NCBI GenBank assembly: GCA_964016885.1
Contig: OZ024741.1
Coordinates: forward strand, 286,316,001 to 286,380,000
Direction of reading: 5' to 3'
Length of the DNA stretch: 64,000 nt
DNA from: Eledone cirrhosa
Lineage: Eukaryota
A program made the translations under genes and the position numbers. Numbering within the stretch: position 1 is the stretch's first letter; the number at the start of each line of letters is the position of its first letter. This document shows positions 25,215 through 38,089 of this stretch, piece by piece. The notes under the pieces were generated by a model that was not told the origin of the DNA, did not search any database, and was given only the letters and a program-made list of their open reading frames with translations.

Positions 25215-28030
25215 AACAAAATGTTGTCCCTGAGACGAAGTATCTCACTCATCGCAGTCGTTATGAAATGCAACATAGAGAGCAACTTCACACGACACCA
25301 GGAAGACCTAAAGAAAAAGTTAGAGAGACGATTTGGAGATACAAAATTTAAAACTTTGAACTCCAAATTACACCAGTTGAAACAACAACTCACAGCTACA
25401 ACAGAAAGACTAAAATATAAGTCAACAGCACATAAACGACAAGTGCTAAATAGATTGTTTGCCAGAGATCCTAAATCAGTTTATCGCAGCTGAGGTGGCA
25501 AAAGCTCAATCCCTGTAAACGACACCCCTTCAAAAGAACAGGTTGAGAGCTACTGGAGATCTGTATGGGAAACGGATGACGGATTCAACAGACAAGCTAA
25601 TTGGCTAAAAGAACTGGAACAGGACTACTGCCAACATGTCCAGACAAAACAATATGACATAGATGGATCAATACTGGAAACAGCTCTACAGAAAATGTCG
25701 AATAGGAAATCGCCAGGCCCAGACCTCATTACAGGATACTGGTTGAAGAATTTCACTTTCTATCGGCAAGATCTCATACGGCTGTTTACAGAAACCATTA
25801 AGGGCACACAAGAACTGCCCAGATGGTCATCAACTGCCACTACTCTCCTCATTCCCAAAAATAGCCAAACCACCCTTGCTAAAAATTACCGCCCAATTGC
25901 CTGCCAAAACATCATGTATAAATTATATACTGGGTGCCTTAACCTGTTCTTACAGGATCACTGTGCTACCAACAACATCATAACACCTGAGCAAGCTGGT
26001 GGAAAGAGGGAGGTGTGGGGTTGCATAGATCACCTACTAACTAACAAAATGATTCAGGAAAAAACAACAAAGATTCGCAGAAACATGACTGTCGTGTGGC
26101 TGGACTATCAAAAAGCATTCGATAGTGTACCTCATGGGTGGATTATTAAGGCTTTACAGTTAGCTAAAGTCCCACAACCATTGGTAGCTGCTGTTGAACG
26201 CCTGACCAAGAACTGGTACACCAATTTGATCCTTAGAGGTGAGAAGGAGCAGGTTAAGACTGATAAGATACATTACCAGAAGGGCATCTTTCAGGGTGAT
26301 AGCTTGTCAGTGCTACTCTTCGTTCTCTCACTGAATCCACTATCTTACCTACTCAGGAAACAAGGTGGACAAAGAAGTGGGCCCAGAAGTATCTCCCATC
26401 TTTTCTTTGTTGATGACCTGAAGTTGTATGGGCCAAATATCAATGACATCAAGAAACAATTGGACCTCATTACACAATTTTCAACCGACATCAAAATGAA
26501 ATTTGGTGAGTCCAAGTGTCCATATTTGGCAGTAAAACGTGGAAGAGCTGTGCCCTCCTCTAGAAATCTAGAGATGAACGGCCTGACAATACAACCTCTG
26601 CAGTCGGGTGACAACTACAGATATCTTGGACAGGATGAGAATGTCAGATATGATGGACCCATAAATAAGGAGAGAACCAGAACTGAATACCTCAGAAGAG
26701 TAAAGAAAATATGGTCATCAGAACTGTCAGCATACAACAAATACATTGCCCACAATACTTATGCTGTGCCAATTCTAACGCCAACATTTGGCCTACTGAA
26801 CTGGTCATTGCAAGAATTAAGAGTGATGGATGTTAGAACTCGAAAACTTCTCAGTGTTACTGGCAACTTTAACATCAATGGTGATGTGGATAGGCTATAC
26901 TTCTCACGCAAGGAAGGTGGCCGGGGTCTAAAATCAATATTAACAACATATGAGACCCGGATAGTAACACTGAAGCAACACCTTCAACAGAGGAAAAAGG
27001 TTGGCAACCATCTTGCCCAGGTTTATGAGCATGAAAAAAGAAATATCATTAGAATAGCGACTGATCTGGAGGAGAGATATGGAATATAGCCTGATATAAA
27101 TCTCTCACCCAGAGAAATCGGAAGATCCTATTCAATGTTCAAACAAGATAAAAAAATTGACCAATTTACAGAAAAAGTTGTGCATGGATACTTGAGGCGT
27201 AAAACACAGACCATAGAGGGGATAAACCACTCAAAAAGCTTGGCATGGAGTTCCGACAAGTTTATGACATCACACCTTGAGGGATATCTCTATGCAATAC
27301 AGGAACAAGAACTCCCTACCAAATATCTGCTGCACAAAAGAGGAGGGCCATCAGCTGACAATAAATGTAGGCTATGTAAAACAAAGATCGAGGATGTAAG
27401 CCACATTGTTGCCAGCTGCGAAAGAATGTCATCTCGCTACTACCTCCCCATGAGACACGATGGGATAGCTAGAACCATCTGGAACGCACTTCGGAAAACA
27501 AAATTAACAACAAACGAGGAAGAATATATTGAGACAGATGGCACTAAGGAATACTGGTGGAACCTGAAAATAAAAACTGCCACCAAATTAAAGCACAACC
27601 GGCCTGATATTGTAGTTTGGGACCACACATTGAAAACGTGTTCTGTTGTGGAGATCAGCTGCCCACTTGATGTAAACGTTGTCAGAAAAATACTGGAGAA
27701 GGAGGAGATCTACGGACCATTGATGAGGAGTTTACAAATCCAGTATCCAAGATACACCTTTAGCTTCATACCCATCATTATTGGTGCTACGGGTTATATA
27801 CCAACCCGCTTGGACCAAAGTATGACTGAACTTGGATTTGCGGACAAAAAGCGCAGCTCCCTAATTCATAGTCTACAAATGGCTGCGATAGCTGGCACCT
27901 TCAAAATTTGCAAAACATTCTTGCGATTCAAGGGATGACAATTTCTTTTCTTTTACAACCTTGCCACCAGGAAGGTGGCCGGTCAAAAAAATATACTCGA
28001 AATTAAGAGAAAGAGAAAACATACATGTAT
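25215..28030 (+). mobile_element. 5'-truncated R4-like RLE LINE, family D
   Basis: ORFs 25695-27089 ([30 protein letters not shown]) and 27135-27938 (CCHC, RHD, HNRPDI). In-frame stops only. Ends in catac repeats. Confidence 0.92.
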
Positions 28031-28032
28031 AC

Positions 28033-28472
28033 ATACCTTCAGATTTATACCTGTGATTATTGGGGCACCGGAGTATGTTAGTAACTGCCTCAGTACAAAT
28101 CTTGAGAAGCTTGGCTTCACAGGAACAGAAGAACACAACCAGTTAGGAAATTACAAGTACAATCCATTAATGGAACAGTAAAAATATGTAAAACATTGCA
28201 AACATTTTGAATCTAATAACTGCATATACACATGTACAGATACAAAGCATATACACATGCACACATACAACTCAAAATATACCATCCACACATACAATAG
28301 TATCCATATCTAAACATGCAGACATGCAGACATATCTACCTAGTTGATGTTGTGTAAATTGCAATGAGAGTCTTCTGTCTATGTTAGAAACCGACTCTCT
28401 CTCGTTTGGCAAAAATGTGTGAAATTATAAAACCAGAAGAACATACATACATACATACATACATACATACAT
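28033..28472 (+). mobile_element. 3' end of RLE LINE family C, copy 3, with (CATA)n tail
   Basis: Matches 23404-23820. Confidence 0.9.
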
Positions 28473-28877
28473 GTGTACGTGCTTGTGTGTAAAGAAGTAA
28501 GTCTGTTGCATAATGTCAAAATGTTATAAATGTTAATATATTCATTAGATCAATGCGAAATAGTTTGAATGATATATTATTTGGTACAGTTTCTTCATTT
28601 GTAGTGGTAGCTAGTGATACTTTTGACGCCTTTTAGCTTATTAAAGCTTCGTTTTCACTGATTCTTTCAACAAATAATAAAATATTATAGCTTATAATAC
28701 ATTTGGCAAGCATGCCTTTCAAACCTGAATGAATTTATATATAACTTCATATAGGCGTGATGAAAGCTGAAGAACATTAGAGTATGGCGTAATTTATAGG
28801 TGATTATGTATAAAGGCATAAAGGTATAAACGCATAAACGCATAAACACACTCATATATAGACTTACACACTTACAC

Positions 28878-28909
<32 letters not shown>

Positions 28910-29071
28910 GTATGTGTATATATATATATACGTGTGTGTGTGTGCATGTATATATATATATATATAATTTTTTTTAATTATATATATATATATACAAATA
29001 TATACATATATATATACATATATATATACATATATATACATATATATATACATATATTTATATATATATAT

Positions 29072-29170
<99 letters not shown>

Positions 29171-29210
29171 AAACGAAAAATCAGTGATGCATCTGAACTC
29201 AGTTTATTGT

Positions 29211-29247
29211 GTGTTACAATTGTTTCGCCGGCGGCAGCTTGAGACAC
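29211..29247 (-). ncRNA. Degenerate minimal hammerhead (core mutated)
   Basis: Reverse complement gtgt-CTCAAGC-tgccgccggc-GAAA-caattg-TA-acac. Stems I-III are intact; CUGANGA has two changes. Confidence 0.5.
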
Positions 29248-29573
29248 GATCATTGTGTGGATCTGTTTGATTCTGGATCTGCAGGTTCGACGGATACGTC
29301 TAATGATTTCCGAGCAAATTCTTTCACTGGGGTATTACCGTCAAAAACTTCATCCACTTCGCGCGTCCTGTTATTGGCCGCTGGTTGTCTACGTCATCAT
29401 AATTCTGACCACAGGTATCGTTCGGCTGACCATCAGCTGTCCCATGTCTGCCACACTTCGATGAATTACTGTTGGGTTTGGAAGTTCGCATGTACACGTG
29501 CGCACTCACACACACACAATCACATAGATAACGACAGTCGTACGCATACATAATATATATATATATAAATATT

Positions 29574-29608
<35 letters not shown>

Positions 29609-29609
29609 T

Positions 29610-29685
<76 letters not shown>

Positions 29686-29887
29686 GAATGTAGATAAATC
29701 TACCAAAAGTTTACGGTAGTGTCCAATCCGTATGAAGAACTCAAAGTAATCCGGATATCATGAAAAGAAGAGATGCATTCAAAAATCACTTTCGGTGAAA
29801 GATAAACGGAATACAGAGTCAAGATAAATTATTAAAAAAATAATGAATAAACAAAGAAACAGTTCCTTATATTAAACAAAAAAAGTT

Positions 29888-30026
29888 CATTATTTTACGA
29901 TCGTTTCTAGGACATATATGTGTTAGAATTGGTATGCATATTCAAAAGATCTATGTACAAAATTATACAAACTATCAGAGTGAATATACATACCTTCACA
30001 TATATATGCTGTCTTCAGAAATAATG
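29888..30026 (-). ncRNA. Type I hammerhead with extended stem II (mirror of 31254-31392)
   Basis: Reverse complement of the 31254 motif. Confidence 0.7.
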
Positions 30027-31253
30027 ATGCTTGTTTATTGATAATAACAACAATTCAAAATAATAGGTCTGTTTGGGGACAGATTTTAAATAGACCAATG
30101 AAATAAAGATTGAGATACATAAAAATGTATCAAGAAAATACAGTTAGGTGTGTATATATGTATGTAAATACGCTCACAGATGTGCATAAAAGTGTATGCT
30201 CATATGTATACGTATAGTGAAAAAGTGTATGTAAATATAAAATTTAGGGCTAATGTATCTGTATGTCTGTAATCAACAGACAGAATATATATATATATAT
30301 ATCATAAGTATATGAATATTGAGGCGCTCACATAAACACGCCCACACACACTTACATTTAGATGCGGAAGTAAAAGAGGTAAGGGAGTATAGTAATTAAA
30401 GGAAAGTGTCAATCTCGACATACTTATAAAAATGTATCAATAAATTAGAAATAAAAAAATTAAAAAAAATGTTTATAGAAGGAAAAAACTCAAGAAAAGA
30501 AGACAAAAAAAGACAAGGGGGGGGGGGGGTACGTACATACACAGACACGCATGTCTCACAAAAGAAACATAAAAAAAAACATAAAAGAGAGACATAAAAT
30601 ATACATGCTTATATACACACGCACATTTACACATCCATACGTTCGATACGTACATACATACACACACACATACACATACTTACACTCACGCATATTGACC
30701 TGTTTGTATGCACACACATAAAAATAAGTAAAACATATACCCATACATATAAATATACACCTATATATATATATATATATATATAGGTGTATATATATAT
30801 ATATAGGTGTATATATTTTTTTATTTTTTTATTTCTAATTTATTGATACATTTTTATAAGTATGTCGAGATTGACACTTTCCTTTAATTACTATACTCCC
30901 TTACCTCTTTTACTTCCGCATCTAAATGTAAGTGTGTGTGGACGTGTTTAATGAGCGCCTCAATATTCATATACTTATGATATATATATATATATTTTGT
31001 CTGTTGATTACAGACATACAGATACATTAGCCCTAAATTTTATATTTACATACACTTTTTCACTATACGTATACATATGAGCATACACTTTTATGCACAT
31101 CTGTGAGCGTATTTACATACATATATACACACCTAACTGTATTTTCTTGATAAATTTTTATGTATCTCAATCTTTATTTCATTGGTCTATTTAAAATCTG
31201 TTCCCAAACAGACCTATTATTTTGAATTGTTGTTATTATCAATAAACAAGCAT

Positions 31254-31392
31254 CATTATTTCTGAAGACAGCATATATATGTGAAGGTATGTATATTCAC
31301 TCTGATAGTTTGTATAATTTTGTACATAGATCTTTTGAATATGCATACCAATTCTAACACATATATGTCCTAGAAACGATCGTAAAATAATG
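31254..31392 (+). ncRNA. Type I hammerhead with ~104-nt stem II region
   Basis: cattattt-CTGAAGA-(104 nt)-GAAA-cgatcg-TA-aaataatg. Perfect 8-bp stem I, palindromic stem III, GUA site. Confidence 0.72.
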
Positions 31393-31452
31393 AACTTTTT
31401 TTGTTTAATATAAGGAACTGTTTCTTTGTTATTTCATTATTTTTTTAATAAT

Positions 31453-31550
<98 letters not shown>

Positions 31551-31645
31551 TAAAAAATTATATATATATATATACTTGCACACATGTATGTATATGTATG
31601 TATATGTATGTATACATATATATATATATATTATATATATATATA

Positions 31646-33412
31646 CTAGCAGATTTACCCGGCGTTGCCCGGGGTTTGAAATTATGCTAAGAATATATAG
31701 CTAGGAAGTAAAAGAAGAAAATTATTTGTCCCCAACCTGTCAAAATAACCAGAAGTCTTCAATAATTAATGCAAACGAATATTTAGTACAATCTTTGTAC
31801 ACATAAAACTATGCTGATAATGAAGGAAAACACTGAACAGGATATAGTTATACAAATGATTAAAGACAATATAAGTTGCAAATCTCTAAAAAAAAAACAG
31901 GCAGTTTTGCTAAAGTACAAAAAGTTGTAATGAAAGCAGAGTTGTATACAAACAAAAAAACAATGAGAGTAGAATAAGAGAAAATCTATTCCTTGACAGC
32001 ATCCTTTGCTGTGTATGGTTAAATTTTGAACTTATAATCCAAAATATCCTGCATGAGTTATTCATTAGTATGTTTTGTAATAAGTAAGGTGAAGTCAAGG
32101 CAGAGCTGTAATAAGTGTTTTTGTTAACACTAAAGCACTTCAGGATAGACGATATTCTTTGTTTTTCGGAACAAACGCAAAGAGATTATCTCAACTGCCA
32201 ACTCGTGAGCAGGCGACGTAGACTTGTCCGTGCGAAAAGCAAGGTTCATCCAAGTGAATTCCAGCGACGGGCAGAGTTTGATCTTGCGACTTGTTTATGG
32301 ACATCGCAAAGGCAACACGAAGAGGAAATTGGGTTCGGCGAAAGGAGAAGGGAATATCCACGCCTGATGTAGTCATGCTAATTTTTGTTATTATCACATC
32401 CTCGCCTTTTCCACATCCGGATAGAATAGTAGCGTCAATACTAAGTGGAGACAGTTTTTTAACCACAATGCATGTACCATTGCATAGTTTTGGAAGAGTG
32501 ATATTTCTCAGCAAAATAACTGGCGTTCCCTCTTTCAGAAACAATGTATTAGGAGGTAAACCGGGAGGATTTAAAGGATTTAGAAATTCAACTGGATAAT
32601 TGACCGCATCCTGTGGTTCAGATACAGTATCAATAGATTTATAAATCCTTTGAATAACTACATCCTGTTCAGTATATTCCTTCATTGTCAAAAAAGTTTG
32701 ATGTGTACGAATACAGCTGGAAGCATAGATAATGCCTGCCTCAAATGTGGACGAAATTACTTTAAAAATGTAAAAGTTGTAGGTCCCAATGGTTTGAATG
32801 GAAAGTCCCATAAGGATTGTTCTAAAAATAAACAAACCATCATCAAAATCTCGTCAATTCGAGACTACTGCGAGATTAGGCCCTTACCGCGAAAATTAAC
32901 ACTTAATATAGTGAAACAACTTAAAACAACACGTGTTTTTTTAACGTTAAAAGTAGAACAGATTTTTTGTTTGTATCAACATGGCTTATGAAAGTAGCGA
33001 TACCGACTTTGAAGTTTTTACACACGACGACATTCAGAATAAACAAGAAACAAACAATAATATTAGTGATTTATCTTCAAATGAATCTGATGTGTATATT
33101 TCTGAAATTTCGTCCGACGATGATTTGAAAGTGAAAACGAAGGTCTCCATATATTCCCTCTCTCACTCTCTTTATAAAGATTGTCAATAAAGTTGGTTAT
33201 CTCCCTTTCATCAATTTTGCAACCGATAATTTTGCTATCGATTTTTTATTGCTCAACGTGGGTCGATTTGAAATTGTTTGTGATGTGCCAATCTTAGCGA
33301 CCTGTGCAACGTGCACAGAAAATTTGGTCAAATTCGGTTGGTAATTGTAAAATCCTTAGGTATCCAAATTTTAACACAGACACACACACATCCTCGCTTT
33401 TATATATATAGA
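31646..33412 (-). mobile_element. Non-autonomous Helitron
   Basis: On the minus strand it starts TC (33412) and ends CTAG (31646), with subterminal hairpin cccgg-gcaacg-ccggg, inserted between A and T. Carries a Pif1 helicase remnant on the same strand. Confidence 0.88.
32191..32700 (-). pseudogene. Helitron Pif1-family helicase C-terminal fragment
   Basis: YPVEFLN..GLPP, LLRN..LCNGT, QFPLRVAFAMSINKSQ, HGQVYVACSRV. Confidence 0.9.
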
Positions 33413-33437
33413 TATATATGCATGTATATATATATGC

Positions 33438-33487
<50 letters not shown>

Positions 33488-33524
33488 GTATATATATATT
33501 ATATATATGTATATATATATTATA

Positions 33525-33626
<102 letters not shown>

Positions 33627-33660
33627 ATTTCATAGAAATATATATATATATATATATATA

Positions 33661-33764
33661 TAACGGAAGGAATGTGGTAAGGAACCAGGTGGACCATAAC
33701 GCACCAAAGTACTCAATACTTAGGGTAGTAGAGTGGGTAATAGGAACGAGTCGTTCTACTCGTT

Positions 33765-33818
<54 letters not shown>

Positions 33819-33851
33819 AACGAGTAGAACGACTCGTTCCTATTACCCACT
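33661..33851 (-). mobile_element. Short pLTR-tail family E insertion with a 12-bp-arm hairpin and an inverted partial copy
   Basis: 33661-33746 is the reverse complement of 44121-44206; ataggaacgagt..actcgttcctat hairpin. Confidence 0.8.
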
Positions 33852-34708
33852 ATATATATATATATATACATCCACTATATATATATATACATCATTTCAT
33901 AGAAATTTCATCGACTGAGTCTGCTGCCGTAACTTCCTGTCCTATAAAATTTACTATGTATAACATAGTGAGGAAAAGTTGTAATGGTGGATACGGCAAA
34001 ATTCTTCTTTTTTTTTTAATGATTTGCTGTTCAGTTTTCTATAATAATATATTCCGTAGATTTCGGATTATCAGTATCACTTTAGTTGATGGATTCCTTT
34101 TTTTTTTACATTGGACATTGGGGGGGGGGGGGGGGGGCGGTGTGCTGACCTGGCATTTCATTTACAGACAACACTGCTCGTCATCTTAGGAAGATTTTAC
34201 ATCTCTGGGGAACTCTAACTGTCATATATAAGTTGATTTCACAAGTGGCTTGGTACTATTTAAAGCAGCTATTTCCCACAGCGCCTTGTATTAAATCAGT
34301 TCTTTCCCCTCTCTCTCTCTCTTTCTCTCTCTCTCACTCTCTCTCTCTCTTTCTCTTTGCTTCTCTCTCTCTCCCTCTCTCTCTCTTACACACAAGCACA
34401 CAGGATCAACAGACACGAGTGATGATCACTTAAATGTGCAAGAGTACAAGTGAAAAGCGTGAAAAGTATACATATATATAGGGTGTATCAAAGAGAATCA
34501 TCAGATTGTATGAAGAATTTTTACAAATGTTCAATATGTAAATAACTTTATAAATATTCATTAAACATATTTTTTAAAAAGAATATAACTTTATATTCAG
34601 ACATGTATTGTACAATTTACCTACCATATGGTTATATGGTCGTTTGTTTCAAAAGTATAGCCTTTTGAAATATAGCCTCTTTGATACACCTTGTATGTAC
34701 ATATATAT

Positions 34709-34894
<186 letters not shown>

Positions 34895-34945
34895 ATTAAG
34901 TCAAATAGGTAAAATTTGGTTTCGTTTATTATAAATTATAGATAT

Positions 34946-35000
34946 ACTGCTATATATATTTCGGTGACAGCCATCATTGGCTGTGACGTCTTCAGGCAGT
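34946..35000 (-). ncRNA. Type I hammerhead ribozyme
   Basis: Reverse complement actgc-CTGAAGA-cgtcacagcca(atga)tggctgtcacc-GAAA-tatata-TA-gcagt. Confidence 0.8.
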
Positions 35001-35297
35001 CCGAATTGGTGTGGTAGAGACAGGTACACATGTTGTTTAAGTGTGTTTTACTCCGTCAATACTCCGATATGTCCAGCTACTGGTTGCGTTATTATTTCTC
35101 TGAGGAACTGGAATCATATGAATTAGAACAAACGAATTACGGCGTCATAGGACACTCTCTCATCCCATTGGTCAGTTGTGAGAACATTCCTCAGTCAAAA
35201 GTCTATAGAAATTTTTCTGAGGAAAGACAATCTGTTGTAGTTGTTTTTGTTTATGTACAGCTAACCTCCTCTATTGTGTTGGTAGGGGTAGTGATTA

Positions 35298-35543
35298 GCT
35301 AGAGATTGTAGCTTCTTATCTACCTTAAGGTCGGTGGCGAGTTCCTTGACTTCTGTATTAATGTCGTGGTAGGCCATAGGGTTAGCTTTCTTATATTTAG
35401 AAGTAATAGCGTTATGGGCCAGGTGGCGGAAAGTGGTGTTGTCGACTTCGTAAATATTATTAGTTTTGTCGGAAAAGACGAAGGTGTGATTAGAAGATCT
35501 AAATTTCTTAATGTCGTTTCTTAGTTTCGTTTGAAAAGTGTTA
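35298..35543 (-). mobile_element. Inverted partial duplicate of the adjacent PLE ORF (35727-35975)
   Basis: Clear reverse complement with scattered substitutions. Confidence 0.88.
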
Positions 35544-37821
35544 GTGTGTTTGCAAATGTCATCGGACGCTTAAGATGGCGAGCCCTAGCTTTCGACGGCA
35601 AAATTACAGGCACCAACAACACCTTCAACCTGAAATCGAGAGCCTACCCTCTTAAGGTAATCGAACTTGTTCCTTTCGAGACGGACCTTCTTGACTTAGT
35701 CGCTAACATTTCCTTTCGCAAACACAATAACACCTTTCAAACGAAACTCAGAAACGATATTAAGAAATTTAGGTCTTCTAATAACACCTTCGTCCTTTCC
35801 GACAAAACTAATAATATTTACGAAGTCGACAACACCACTTTCCGCGACCCCGCCCTTAACGCTATTACTTCTAAATATAAGAAAGCTAACCCTATGGCCT
35901 ACCACGACATTAATACAGAAGCCAAGGAACTCGCCACCGACTTTAAGGTCGATAAGAAGCTACAATCTCTAGTTAAGCGGGAGGCGTTCCTCACCCTGAA
36001 AGATCACAAGGTAGACTTTACTTCTAACCCCACATGTAGACTAATAAACCCGGCACGCACAGATATGGAACTAGTCAGTAAGGCCATACTTAGAAACATA
36101 GTTAAGACCATTATAACCAAGTCCAACCTGCCCCAGTGGGAGAACAGCGACTCCGTAATTAAGTGGTTTAACTCCTTAAAATCCAAAATAGCGAAGTTCA
36201 CACAGTTTGACATTGTCGATTTTTACCCGTCGATCTCAGAGACCCTGTTAAACAAAGCGTTGGACTTCGCTACCACTTATACCACCGTCGATGGTTTAGA
36301 CAGGGAAATCATCGTTCACTGCCGGAAAACCCTCCTCTTCAACGACGGAGTAGCCTGGACAAAGAAGTCTACATCTTCAGACCTGTTCGACGTCTCCATG
36401 GGATCGTTTGACAGTGCTGACGTATGTGATTTGGTTGGCCTTTTTATCTTAGACATATTACGTGTTAGATTCCCGGACTTCCACATGGGAATATACCGTG
36501 ACGATGGACTGACTTTATCGAGCCATAAAAGTGGTAACGACCTCGACCGGTTTAAAAAAGACTTAGCTTCCACCTTCAATGAGTTAGGCCTTAGGATAAC
36601 AGTAGCCACCAACCTCTCTAGCGTAGATTTCGTAGACATTAATCTAGACCTTCGCACACACACCCACAGACCCTTCCATAAGCTAAACGAGAAACTTAAT
36701 TACATTCACAAGGACTTATGCCACCCTCCTACTGTTTTTAGAAGCTTCGTTAAGAATATCAGTACTAGAATCACAAACCTCTCCTCTAATAAGGCTATCT
36801 TTGACAGGGCGGCACCCTACTATAACACGGCGTTGGCTAACAGCGGCTTCTCACAACCTATCACCTACTCTCCTACTAGCAACAACACCATTAAGAAAAG
36901 TAAGCGCATCAATAGACAAACTATCTGGTTCTCTCCTCCCTTCTCACTCAACGTTAAACCCAATGTAGGAAAAAGATGTCTAGCCCTCTTATATAGACAC
37001 TTCCCCATAGGTCATAAATACCGCTCCATCTTTAACCGACACAAAGTTAAACTAGGATACTCCTGCGCGCTAAGAACATGAAGGCCCACATCACCAGCAG
37101 CCCTAGGAGCAACACCCACCAGGGTGCTCTTGCCGTAAGCCTGAAGCTTGCCCCCTTCAACAGCAATGCAACACACCAGCTGTAATCTATGAAGCTGTGG
37201 TCACTTCCAAACGACCAAACGAACCACAGGAGCTCAAATCCTATGTGGGCATGGCGGAGGGCCGATTCAAGGAGCATTTCCTGAACCACCAGTCTACCTT
37301 CAGATACCCGGACAGACGTTCATCCACGAAACTCGCGAGCCACGTATGGTCCCTCAAGGACTCAAGTATAGGCTTCTCCATTCAATGGAAAGCCATCACT
37401 AAGTCCAAGCCATACGCAAGGGGAAATCCGACGTGGGGCTTATGTATCGACGAACGAATAACTATCCTAAAGAGATTACGCAATAGTGATTGCCTAAACA
37501 CGAGAAGTGAATTTTTCACACGTTGTCCACACGTCACCAAACATCTATTGCATAACTACAAGGCTCCGGACTGATTCTTTGTAATTTTATTTTTTATTTT
37601 TTTGTATTTTCAACCTAAAAACTTTCCGGACTTTCGCAGTTATCTCCCTTACAGCTCCCGCACGCAGCCTAATATTGCCCGTGTGAAGTGACCGAGTTTC
37701 TGCGCATGCGCGTTCGTACGGTTGTCCTTCCTGTTCCTATAACCATACACATCCCGAGCTGAAGATCCGCGAAGGTGAAATAATTGTTCTCGGTATGGTG
37801 AACTAACTGTCGTGTAACCAC

Positions 37822-37825
<4 letters not shown>
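35544..37825 (+). mobile_element. Penelope-like element (possibly Hydra-type): RT, GIY-YIG endonuclease and 3' pLTR with HHR
   Basis: ORF 35531-37081 (DKTNN, FDIVDFYPSI, MGSFDSA, YRDDGL, WFSPPFS), frameshifted Cys linker, ORF 37197-37574 (SYVG..RF..H). (TA)n downstream. Confidence 0.9.
37742..37799 (+). ncRNA. Minimal type I hammerhead in the PLE pLTR
   Basis: ccgag-CTGAAGA-tccgcgaaggt-GAAA-taattg-TT-ctcgg; stem I extends via accata/tatggt; predicted cut after 37788. Confidence 0.8.
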
Positions 37826-37895
<70 letters not shown>

Positions 37896-38089
37896 GATCG
37901 CATTCCACGTGACTTGTGGAGGTCGGCGGATCTCGCTTGAATATATAGCCGGAATAATAGGAATCGGTGGTCTTTGTGAGGAGGCGCTGTGTTGCGTGCT
38001 TGAAGACTGTCTTCCCGACCCTCCTGAGAAGAAGAAGAAGAAGAAGAAGAAGAAGAAGAAGAAGAAGAAGAAGAAGAAGAAGAAGAAGA

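Larger units (their letters stand above)
29681..31456 (-). mobile_element. Non-coding PLE pseudo-LTR-type insertion with ~640-bp inverted arms (29824-30470 / 30815-31456) and a unique tail (29681-29823), in (TA)n
   Basis: Arms are near-identical reverse complements and each carries an HHR motif. Confidence 0.8.
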
